Below, piece by piece: positions 50,691 to 59,180 of a stretch of 64,000 nt of DNA (the stretch's first letter is position 1; every line of letters starts with the position of its first letter). This DNA is from Bacteroidia bacterium (GTDB lineage: Bacteria > Bacteroidota > Bacteroidia > NS11-12g > UBA9320). Under the pieces are notes generated by a model. That model was not told the origin of the DNA, searched no databases, and saw only the letters and a list, made by a program, of their open reading frames with translations. A program made the translations under genes and the position numbers. The DNA lies in NCBI GenBank assembly GCA_029268695.1, contig JAQWNJ010000019.1:7199-71198 (forward strand), read 5' to 3'.

Positions 50691-51305
50691 ATGAGATTAC
50701 TATTAGTATTTCTTTGTATGCCAATAATAACGTTTAGCTTAATTGCTCAAACTAATGATATATCAGACCATAGGCTTGGTATTAAAACTAGTTTTAACTT
50801 ATCGAGTATGGTTGGTACAGCATTAGAAAACCCTAGGATTAAATTTGGATATACTGCTGGAACATACTTTATTTCAAAAACCAAAAAGAAAACTGGTATT
50901 TATTCAGAAATAATTGGAAACTTCAAAGGTTCAAATTTTAAGAACGGTGATGCAGGATATTCCAAAATCGCTCTATTCTATGTTGATGCTTCCCTTTTAC
51001 CATTATTTCGTCTCAAGAATGAAAGCTCCATCTGTATCGGCCCAACTGTATCCTACCTTGGTCTTTCGTCACTATATGTCGGAGAGAAGAAAAAGTCCGA
51101 AATCGACAAACTCAGCTTAAAACCTTGGGAATATAGCATTACCCTGTACTACCTAATTCCTAAACCTGTCGTTTCTTTTCAATTTGGAACTAAAATTGGC
51201 CTTCGAAACATCAATGACAACATCATTTTGGACAATATTACTCCTACCATTAACCAAAATGGGACTATTCAAAACATAAGTTTTGAAATTGGCATGTTAT
51301 TCTAA
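50691..51305 (+). CDS. Outer-membrane beta-barrel (PorT/OMP_b-brl_2-like porin family)
   Basis: Signal peptide; LGIK..FNLS, GYTAG, GPTVSYL; terminal Phe. Confidence 0.7.
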   Translation: MRLLLVFLCMPIITFSLIAQTNDISDHRLGIKTSFNLSSMVGTALENPRIKFGYTAGTYFISKTKKKTGIYSEIIGNFKGSNFKNGDAGYSKIALFYVDASLLPLFRLKNESSICIGPTVSYLGLSSLYVGEKKKSEIDKLSLKPWEYSITLYYLIPKPVVSFQFGTKIGLRNINDNIILDNITPTINQNGTIQNISFEIGMLF

Positions 51306-51325
51306 AAAGGAGATGGGAGCTTTAT

Positions 51326-51547
51326 CTATAGCTCATCCTGATTAAAAAAGTAATCGTCGGTCGATGGATATTCTGACCAGATCTCTTCGATAGTTTCAAA
51401 GGGTTCTCCATCATCTTCGAGTTCTTGTAAGTTTTCTACTACTTCTAAAGGTGCTCCTGTTCTAATGGCAAAGTCTATCAACTCATCTTTCGTTGCTGGC
51501 CAAGGGGCGTCGTCTAGGTATGATGCAAGTTCTAATGTCCAATACAT
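51326..51547 (-). CDS. DUF2795 family small acidic protein
   Basis: MYWTLELASYLDDAPWPATKDELID.AIRTGAPLEVVENLQ. Confidence 0.9.
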   Translation of the reverse strand: MYWTLELASYLDDAPWPATKDELIDFAIRTGAPLEVVENLQELEDDGEPFETIEEIWSEYPSTDDYFFNQDEL

Positions 51548-51643
51548 GGGCTGTAATATTATAGGTTCGTACTAATGGTGCGAAAATAACTTTTTTTCAG
51601 AATTCCCAATAACTGAAAATATTGATTTTTAATTATCTGTATA

Positions 51644-52375
51644 TCAGACATTTAGCTCATGTAAAAGAATTCCAGCAGCAACCGAAACATTGAGCGAATC
51701 CATGTTTCCTTTCATTTTTATTCGCCAGACATAGTCCATAAGTGCTAATCGCTCACGCGATAACCCCTTGTCTTCATTGCCCATCCAAAGTGCCCATGAA
51801 GTCATTTCTTGAATATTCGAATGGTCCATCGTTTGATCTGTTTTTTCGGATGCCGCAATTTGTGGTATCCCCCAGCTTTTTAGATAGGTCAATGCATTGG
51901 CTAGGCTACTTACACGGGCCACAGGTAGTTTCAACAAAGCCCCGGCAGAGGATTTAATTGCTCCTTCACCTATTTCCGCATTGGCTTTAACTCCAACAAT
52001 TAATAAATCCACCCCAAATGCAAGACATGATCTAGAAATTGCTCCAATATTCCGAATGTCTTGAATACCATCAGCTACCAATATTCTTGGGGGCTCGCCA
52101 TTTTCAAATAATCGGGTGATGGTCTCTTCTAAGGGTACAAACTCTATAGGGCTTTTTATGGCTATTACCCCTTGGTGATTAGCTCGAGTAATGCGATTAA
52201 GTTTTTCAATAGGCACCATCTGAAAGGGGGTGTTTGACTTTTTGGCGAGTTGTCTCAATACGCCAATTTTTTGCTTATCCGCCTGATTATTAACATATAC
52301 CTTGCCTATGGTGACATCGCTATGTAGCAATTCTTCCACACCATGAAAGCCAATAATGATGCCCTCTCTACTCAT
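51644..52375 (-). CDS. rlmB: 23S rRNA Gm2251 2'-O-methyltransferase (SpoU/TrmH family)
   Basis: NHQGV, D.RNIGAI.RS, MGNEDKGL, SLNVSVAAG. Confidence 0.85.
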   Translation of the reverse strand: MSREGIIIGFHGVEELLHSDVTIGKVYVNNQADKQKIGVLRQLAKKSNTPFQMVPIEKLNRITRANHQGVIAIKSPIEFVPLEETITRLFENGEPPRILVADGIQDIRNIGAISRSCLAFGVDLLIVGVKANAEIGEGAIKSSAGALLKLPVARVSSLANALTYLKSWGIPQIAASEKTDQTMDHSNIQEMTSWALWMGNEDKGLSRERLALMDYVWRIKMKGNMDSLNVSVAAGILLHELNV

Positions 52376-52380
52376 CTAGA

Positions 52381-55300
52381 TTAATATAGAGCGGAGGATT
52401 GCTTGAAAAGATCCTCGTACTTTATCGCCAAATCATCTCGTTTATACTCACGAGCTAGTGGGCCAATATTTCGAAGAATTTGAATATTCTCATTCTTATT
52501 ATCCACTACGGTGAACTTCTTGTAGTAATTAATTAAATCAAATGCATCATCGCCTACTTCCATTAAAAACTGATCTCCTTTTTCTAATTGATTGGCTTTA
52601 TAATAGATGTCTGCACTTGCTGCTTTCAACCTCAAATTCATGGGTAATAAGCTCTCTGGCATAGATGCATAGCATTTATCCAACAATGCTGTGGCTGTAT
52701 CAAGTTTGTTCGTGTTAGCATAATAATCCGCTACTTGAATGAATAAGGATCTCAAGTTCTGAGGTACCAACTGAGCTTTATCGTCCAAAAACATCGTACC
52801 TTCTTCCATATTGCCCCACTCGTATACATTCATTAACTTATTGTATAATAAATCCATGTCATCCATTCCTCGCATTCTTTTGTTTGCTTCTATGGGCAAC
52901 AATTGATAAGTTAGGCCATTATGTCTGAAATACTTATCAAGGTTCATATATACTGATGATCCAGTAGTAGTCGTCCAATAAATGGGTCTTTTCCATCCTG
53001 TTTTAGCATTAGTAGCAATGATGTCTAATACAACCAAATCTCCCTTACTTAAGCCGCTCTTTCCAATATTCCAGTATATCTTATCGACAATCTTAGCAGT
53101 GTCTCTATCTGGCACATATCCAGTAGCGATTACAGCTTTCTTATCTACTTCTACACTGAAATTTTTTACTGGAAATACATTAATCAGATCTCCTGCATTT
53201 GTTCGTTGCTTTCTGCTAGGTTCATCAGAGGTAACATACTTGAGAACTTGATCTAGTGGGTAATATTGATCTTGAGGAATTGATTTGTTTTCAAAGTATC
53301 GCACATAATCTCGTTTACCCGCTACTATTTTCTCTGCGGGTATTGTTAGAGGTAATGCCTCGCTATCAAACACCTTTCTTCGTAGTGCACTGCTATACCA
53401 CTCGGTTGGTAAAAGGCTTAAATTAATTACTCTTACATCTGTTCGAATTCCTTCTACATTTTGAGCGTACCAAAGCGGATAGGTATCGTTATCACCATTG
53501 GTAAAAAGTATGGCATTTTCCTCGCAACTATTTAAATAGTTTTTTGCAAACGATATCCCTAATTCTCTTCCCGAACGATCATGATCATCCCAATTTTGGA
53601 ACCCCATCAATACTGGAGAAACCAACAAGGCAACAACTGTTGCACTTGATGCTGCTATGGTTTTATTAACTGATTTTTTTAATAAATCAACTAAAAATAA
53701 AACACTCAAACCTATCCAAATGCAAAATGTTTGGAATGAGCCCACCGAAGAATAATCTCTTTCGCGTGGCTCCATAGGGGGTTGATTTAGATAAACTACA
53801 ACGAGTAAACCGGTAAATAAAAATAGAGTCAAAACAGTGTAGAAATCCATCTTACTTTTTTGATACATCACTACAATACCTAATATTCCCAAAATTAAGG
53901 GTAAAAAGAAGAATGTATTATGTGCTTTATTGTACCGCAAACTCACTGGAACATCTTGTGGTATACCAAGTCTCCATTCATCTAAAAATTTAATTCCAGA
54001 AATCCAGTTGCCCTCGAGACTATTTCCTAAAACATTTTGAATATCATTCTGTCTACCAGCAAAGTTCCACATAAAATATCTCCAATACATCCACCCCAAC
54101 TGGTACTTAAACATGAACTTCATGTTATTGGCAAATGTGGGCTTTTTTTTCTTGACTGACTCTAATTGTTGTTCTAGCTGATTTCTTCCAGAATATTTTT
54201 TAATCATACCATTCCATAAGGGATAGTATCTAGACTTCTCGGACATATCGCCCATTCGAGGTAAAACCGTTGAGAATCGATCATCATAAATAGGCTCTTG
54301 TTTTGTCCCTATTTCTTCGTAAGAATCTTCTCCTCGTCTGTATTGTGTTTTGCCTTGTTCAATATCCACCAAATCAGCGTTGTAGTAAGGTCCAAAAAGT
54401 AACGGCCTTGAACCATATTGTTCACGGTTAATATAACTAAGTAAACTTTCTGCATCTTGAGGATCATTCATGTCAATTGCGGGCTCTGCAATCGAACGAA
54501 TCACCACCATGCTATATGACGAAAACCCAAGCATTATAAATGCAAAACATAAAATAGCTAGGTTAGCAATCGGTTTGTTATTTTTAATGGTGTATTGAAT
54601 TCCAAAAGTAATGCCTAACACTATGAGTAATAAGAAAAACAAGACTCCTGAATTAAACGGCAAGCCGAATGAATTAACGAATATCTTGTCAAAAAATGCC
54701 GCAATAGCTGGCGTTTTGGGAATGATTCCCCATTGAAGTAGAGCTATGGAACCAAACCCAATAACTGATGCTCTGATGATATTTCTTCTACTTACTCCAA
54801 ATTTATTTATGAAGTAATACAAGAATACTGCTGGTACAACCAAAATATTTAATAAGTGAAGTCCAATACCTAGACCTATAATATAGGCTATGAAAACTAT
54901 CCAGCGATCGGAAGTAGGGTCTTCTTTTACTTTTTCCCATTTGAGAATTGCCCAAAATGCCAAAGCCATAAAACATGAAGAGCCCGCATAAACTTCTGCC
55001 TCTACTGCATTGAACCAAAACGTATCCATAAATGTAACAGACATAGCCGCTACAAGACCAGAACCGATTATAGAAATTGCATTGCCAAGATCAACTGATT
55101 TAACATTTAAGTCAATTTTAAGAATTTTTTTAGCAAAGTGAGTTGTAATCCAAAAAGTAAACATCACTGTGGCTGCACTAAAAACTGCACTCAACATATT
55201 TACCGCTATCGCTACTTCGTGTGTACCAGGTGTAGCAAAAATTGAAAATAGTCGTCCAAGCATCAAAAACAACGGTGCACCTGGAGGGTGAACCACCTGT

Positions 55301-55437
55301 AATCTGTAGGAAGCTGATATAAACTCCCCGCAATCCCATAAGCTTACAGATTGCTCCAAAGTCATTATATAAACAGCTATAGCCATTAAGAATGTAACCC
55401 ATCCAAAAACAGTATTTACCTTTTTAAAATTATTCAT
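52381..55437 (-). CDS. DUF2723 GT-C membrane glycosyltransferase (TMEM260-like)
   Basis: SLWDCGEFI, HPPGAPLF, AVEAEVY, EPRERDY, FTNGDNDTYPLWY; start at ATG 55437, after a TATTTTCG promoter. Confidence 0.88.
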   Translation of the reverse strand: MNNFKKVNTVFGWVTFLMAIAVYIMTLEQSVSLWDCGEFISASYRLQVVHPPGAPLFLMLGRLFSIFATPGTHEVAIAVNMLSAVFSAATVMFTFWITTHFAKKILKIDLNVKSVDLGNAISIIGSGLVAAMSVTFMDTFWFNAVEAEVYAGSSCFMALAFWAILKWEKVKEDPTSDRWIVFIAYIIGLGIGLHLLNILVVPAVFLYYFINKFGVSRRNIIRASVIGFGSIALLQWGIIPKTPAIAAFFDKIFVNSFGLPFNSGVLFFLLLIVLGITFGIQYTIKNNKPIANLAILCFAFIMLGFSSYSMVVIRSIAEPAIDMNDPQDAESLLSYINREQYGSRPLLFGPYYNADLVDIEQGKTQYRRGEDSYEEIGTKQEPIYDDRFSTVLPRMGDMSEKSRYYPLWNGMIKKYSGRNQLEQQLESVKKKKPTFANNMKFMFKYQLGWMYWRYFMWNFAGRQNDIQNVLGNSLEGNWISGIKFLDEWRLGIPQDVPVSLRYNKAHNTFFFLPLILGILGIVVMYQKSKMDFYTVLTLFLFTGLLVVVYLNQPPMEPRERDYSSVGSFQTFCIWIGLSVLFLVDLLKKSVNKTIAASSATVVALLVSPVLMGFQNWDDHDRSGRELGISFAKNYLNSCEENAILFTNGDNDTYPLWYAQNVEGIRTDVRVINLSLLPTEWYSSALRRKVFDSEALPLTIPAEKIVAGKRDYVRYFENKSIPQDQYYPLDQVLKYVTSDEPSRKQRTNAGDLINVFPVKNFSVEVDKKAVIATGYVPDRDTAKIVDKIYWNIGKSGLSKGDLVVLDIIATNAKTGWKRPIYWTTTTGSSVYMNLDKYFRHNGLTYQLLPIEANKRMRGMDDMDLLYNKLMNVYEWGNMEEGTMFLDDKAQLVPQNLRSLFIQVADYYANTNKLDTATALLDKCYASMPESLLPMNLRLKAASADIYYKANQLEKGDQFLMEVGDDAFDLINYYKKFTVVDNKNENIQILRNIGPLAREYKRDDLAIKYEDLFKQSSALY

Positions 55438-55596
55438 TGCGTGATTTTTTAAATCTTCGGGCGAAAATAAAAGATTTAGATCATAAAACTCCACCAATCT
55501 AAGTAATTCAATAAGCACTTTATGAAAGAGAAATCATTTGAATTGGGCACTATTGGCATTTAGTTGGTTTATTTGCACATCATTAAACTCACTTAA

Positions 55597-56496
55597 TTGA
55601 AAGAACAATATCCAATAAGTTTTTGTCCTGTTTGCGGTCATTCGTCGTTTAAGCATTACTTAGATGTGCCTGACTGGCTTGTGTCAAAAGAACGATTTGA
55701 GCTAAAGCAATGTGAGCAATGTCATTTTGTATTTACGGCAAATGCCCCAAGCGAAAAAGAAATCGGACCGTATTATAATAGCGAAGAATATGTTGAGCAT
55801 TCAGACACAACTAATGGATTGATATACTCCATATATCATGTGGCTCGAAGAGTAATGCTCAATTTTAAATATCGAAAAATAAAGCGTTTAAATACAGGGA
55901 AAAAATTACTTGATATAGGATCAGGTTCTGGCTACTTTATGAACCATATGAAAAAAAATGGTTATGATGTAACAGGTGTTGAAATTAGTGAGAAAGCTAA
56001 TGCACTTTGTGAAAAAAACTTTGGAATTAAAGCACACAGTCCTTCTGAATTTATTGAAGAAAAACTAGACAAAAATTACGATATCATTAGCTTATGGCAT
56101 GTGTTTGAACATGTTTATAGCTATGATACTTATTTTGATTTATTCTCTAAATCTTTAAACGATAAAGGCTACCTAATTTTGGCCCTCCCTAATTGCGATT
56201 CACCTGACGCTAAAATATATAAATCCTATTGGAGTGCTTATGATACCCCAAGGCATATATGGCATTTTACCCCTAAAACTATTGAGAAATTTGCAAAAAA
56301 GAGAGGGTTTAATATCATCAAAAAGCACCGACTGCCACTCGACCCATTTTTTAATGCAATGGTGAGTGATTCTTACAGAGACAGATTTACTTTTTTACCC
56401 ATTACACTTTTAAAAGGGCTTTATTCGTATCTCGTCTCATTATTAAACATCGAAAAATCTAGCTCGATTATTTATGTCTTTAAGAAGAACATTTAA
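55597..56496 (+). CDS. Class I SAM methyltransferase with N-terminal Zn-ribbon
   Basis: CPVC...CEQC, LDIGSGSG, LWHVFEH, PRHIWHF. Confidence 0.85.
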   Translation: MKEQYPISFCPVCGHSSFKHYLDVPDWLVSKERFELKQCEQCHFVFTANAPSEKEIGPYYNSEEYVEHSDTTNGLIYSIYHVARRVMLNFKYRKIKRLNTGKKLLDIGSGSGYFMNHMKKNGYDVTGVEISEKANALCEKNFGIKAHSPSEFIEEKLDKNYDIISLWHVFEHVYSYDTYFDLFSKSLNDKGYLILALPNCDSPDAKIYKSYWSAYDTPRHIWHFTPKTIEKFAKKRGFNIIKKHRLPLDPFFNAMVSDSYRDRFTFLPITLLKGLYSYLVSLLNIEKSSSIIYVFKKNI

Positions 56497-57287
56497 ATCT
56501 TTGAGAACCTTTTGATGAAAACTCGATTATTTTCTATGATTTTCAAATAATACGTTCCCGATGCTAGCTCTGAAATATTTAATGCGTTTTTGAATGAACC
56601 ACTCATCACTGTCTCACCCATTGAATTAATCACTTTTATGTTTGATGAAGTGTTTTCGTATCCAGCAATAACAATCTTTTGAGTAGCTGGATTGGGGTAT
56701 AAATTGATTTGAAAATTTTCTAATTCAGCAATGTTTGCTGAGGTATTTTCAGTAATCGATATCGTGTCAATAAATACCCGATCTCCTCTGTTGTTTCCAT
56801 TTCCATTAGCAGCCATTGCAGACACATAGAAAGTAACCGAACCTGTTCCGCTAGCAGGTGCCGTCCAATTAGCAATCCAAGTCTGTGCATTTGAAGAAGA
56901 GCTACTTGCAAATTTATGCGTAGCTCTTAATCCACTATTCAACGAATTCACTTGAGAGTTATTTGAAAAAGCACCAACAGGTAAGCCATTTTTATCCTCA
57001 GCCATCATCTCAAAACCCCAAACTGATGTCCCTTCATCGGATATATTAATAGTAATATCATAACTAGACCCAGGCGCATATCCATTCGAAGGAACATTTG
57101 TAGAAATCATGTCCTGAGAAGCTGGAGCTGATGAACTGTTATGACAGCCTCCATTGGTTGAGCAGGTTGCTCCATTGTCTGTAGTTGATCCTGATCTCCC
57201 TCCAGGTGAGCCTCCTCTATTTGACATAAAAACTAGAGCCAAAACCGATAGAATGGCCATGTTAAGTTTAGTGTTACGTTTAATCAT
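56493..57287 (-). CDS. T9SS type A-sorted Reeler-like (choice-of-anchor V-like) protein
   Basis: Signal-like N-terminus; GRSGS..D.GATC.....CH; GFEM; WTAP..G.G.VTFY...AANGNG...GD; CTD LYPNPA...GTYYLKI. Confidence 0.78.
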   Translation of the reverse strand: MIKRNTKLNMAILSVLALVFMSNRGGSPGGRSGSTTDNGATCSTNGGCHNSSSAPASQDMISTNVPSNGYAPGSSYDITINISDEGTSVWGFEMMAEDKNGLPVGAFSNNSQVNSLNSGLRATHKFASSSSSNAQTWIANWTAPASGTGSVTFYVSAMAANGNGNNRGDRVFIDTISITENTSANIAELENFQINLYPNPATQKIVIAGYENTSSNIKVINSMGETVMSGSFKNALNISELASGTYYLKIIENNRVFIKRFSKI

Positions 57288-57370
57288 TTTAAATACTTTA
57301 ATTATTTCAAATCTATAAATATATAACTGCTTTGCCCATTCAGTAATTTTGAAATTACCAACATTTGACA

Positions 57371-57421
57371 TATCTTTGCATTAAATATTACAATAGTTAA
57401 AGGGGCAAATGCCCCTTTTTT
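57371..57421 (+). promoter_or_regulatory. rimP-nusA-infB promoter with rimP-leader-like terminator hairpin
   Basis: TATCTTTG (57371-57378), then AAAGGGGC-AAAT-GCCCCTTT plus a T run (57399-57421), 12 nt before the rimP start. Confidence 0.72.
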
Positions 57422-57433
57422 CTTAGCAAAATT

Positions 57434-57898
57434 TTGGGAGTAAAAGAACTCATAACAAGTATTATCGAAGATGAATTAAAAGAAACTGATTCATTTCTAG
57501 TTGGCATTGATTCAAATCAAGCTGAGACTAGTGTTCGATTTTTTATAGACGGCATTGAGGGTGTGAGCATACAACTATGTTCTCAATTGAGTCGTAAAAT
57601 TTCGAGAATACTAGACGAAGAATACACCGATGACCAGCCCATTCGTTATGAAATTTCTTCTCCGGGAGCAGAAGAACCGCTCGTTGACTTAAGGCAATTC
57701 CACAAGCACGTAGGAAGAGAAATAGCGGTGGAACTAAATGATGACAAAATCATACAAGGTGAGCTTACTAAAGTTCTTGATGATGCCATTCGCCTGGAAG
57801 TAGCTGTCTCTAAACATAAAACCGAAGAAAAAACAATTGTTTTTGACCAAATAAATAAAAGCACCGTAAAAATATCCTTTAAACGCAAAAAGAAATGA
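57434..57898 (+). CDS. rimP: Ribosome maturation factor RimP
   Basis: IDG..GVSI..C..LSR, EISSPG..PL; upstream of nusA. Confidence 0.92.
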   Translation: MGVKELITSIIEDELKETDSFLVGIDSNQAETSVRFFIDGIEGVSIQLCSQLSRKISRILDEEYTDDQPIRYEISSPGAEEPLVDLRQFHKHVGREIAVELNDDKIIQGELTKVLDDAIRLEVAVSKHKTEEKTIVFDQINKSTVKISFKRKKK

Positions 57899-59130
57899 GC
57901 TTACAATTAGTAGAATCGTTCTCAGAATTCAAAGAATTTAAAAACATTGACCGAGCCACAATGATGAGGGTCTTAGAAGATGTATTTAGAACCATGATCC
58001 GAAGAAAATATGGGTCAGACGATAATTTTGATGTTATTGTAAACACCGACAATGGTGATTTGGAAATTTATCGTAATCGAGAAATTGTTGATTTGGGTGA
58101 AGTTGAAGATCCCAATAAAGAAATTAATATCGAAGATGCAAAACGATTAGAAGATGACTATGAGATTGGTGAGGAAGCTATTGAAGAAATTGACATGGCA
58201 ACCTTTGGTCGTAGAACGATTCTTACTGCCAGACAAACATTGTTGTCGAAAGTTCTTGAGCTTGAAAAAGATGAATTCTATAAAAAATACAAAGATCGTG
58301 TAGGAGAAATCGTCACCGGTGAGGTTTACCAGATTTGGAAAAACGAAATCATGATCTTGGATGATGAGGGTAACGAATTAATTCTACCAATACGTGAAAT
58401 GATACCTCGAGACTTTTTCAAAAAAGGAGATACGGTTAGAGCTGTTATTTTACGTGTAGAAATGTACAATTCTAATCCAAAAGTAATTTTATCCCGAACT
58501 GCCCCTGATTTCTTAGAGCGATTATTTGAACTTGAGGTTCCAGAAATACTCGACGGATTAATTACCGTTAAGAAGATTGTTCGCGAACCAGGTGAAAGAG
58601 CTAAAGTCGCTGTTGAAAGTTATGATGATCGAATCGACCCCGTTGGTGCATGTGTTGGTATGAAAGGTAGCAGAATACACGGTATTGTTCGTGAGCTAAA
58701 AAACGAAAATATTGATGTAATTAACTTTACTTCCAATATTCAACTCTTGATACAAAGAAGCCTAAGCCCTGCTAAAGTGTCAACTATTAGCATTAATGAC
58801 GAAACAGGAAAAGCAGATGTTTTTTTACCAGCCGACCAAGTTTCGCTGGCTATCGGTAAAAGGGGTCATAATATTAAACTTGCTGGTAAGTTAGTGGGTT
58901 ACAATATTGATGTTTATCGAGAAACCAATGAAGATGAAAATGTTGATGTTGATTTAAATGAATTTACTGACGAAATTGATGAATGGATTATTGATGAATT
59001 GAAAGCAATTGGTTTAGACACGGCAAAGAGTGTACTAGAAATGAGCAACGAAGATCTTATTGCAAGATCAGAGTTAGAAGAAGAAACGATAGAAGAAATA
59101 AAGAAAATACTAGAGGCTGAATTTGAATAA
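57895..59130 (+). CDS. nusA: Transcription termination/antitermination factor NusA
   Basis: S1 domain; KH motifs REPGERAKVAV, DPVGACVGMKGSRI, LAIGKRG.NI.LA. Confidence 0.97.
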   Translation: MSLQLVESFSEFKEFKNIDRATMMRVLEDVFRTMIRRKYGSDDNFDVIVNTDNGDLEIYRNREIVDLGEVEDPNKEINIEDAKRLEDDYEIGEEAIEEIDMATFGRRTILTARQTLLSKVLELEKDEFYKKYKDRVGEIVTGEVYQIWKNEIMILDDEGNELILPIREMIPRDFFKKGDTVRAVILRVEMYNSNPKVILSRTAPDFLERLFELEVPEILDGLITVKKIVREPGERAKVAVESYDDRIDPVGACVGMKGSRIHGIVRELKNENIDVINFTSNIQLLIQRSLSPAKVSTISINDETGKADVFLPADQVSLAIGKRGHNIKLAGKLVGYNIDVYRETNEDENVDVDLNEFTDEIDEWIIDELKAIGLDTAKSVLEMSNEDLIARSELEEETIEEIKKILEAEFE

Positions 59131-59180
59131 TAATGCTATAAAAACATAAAGTATTATTTTCGAACACGGCTAGACAATAG

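Noticed and set aside
57288-57371. N-terminal extensions in the ORF track (also 55438-55518, 26062-26142, 10589-10627, 19458-19568)
   Set aside because: They run through promoter boxes or neighbouring genes; downstream ATGs give proper signal peptides or family N-termini.
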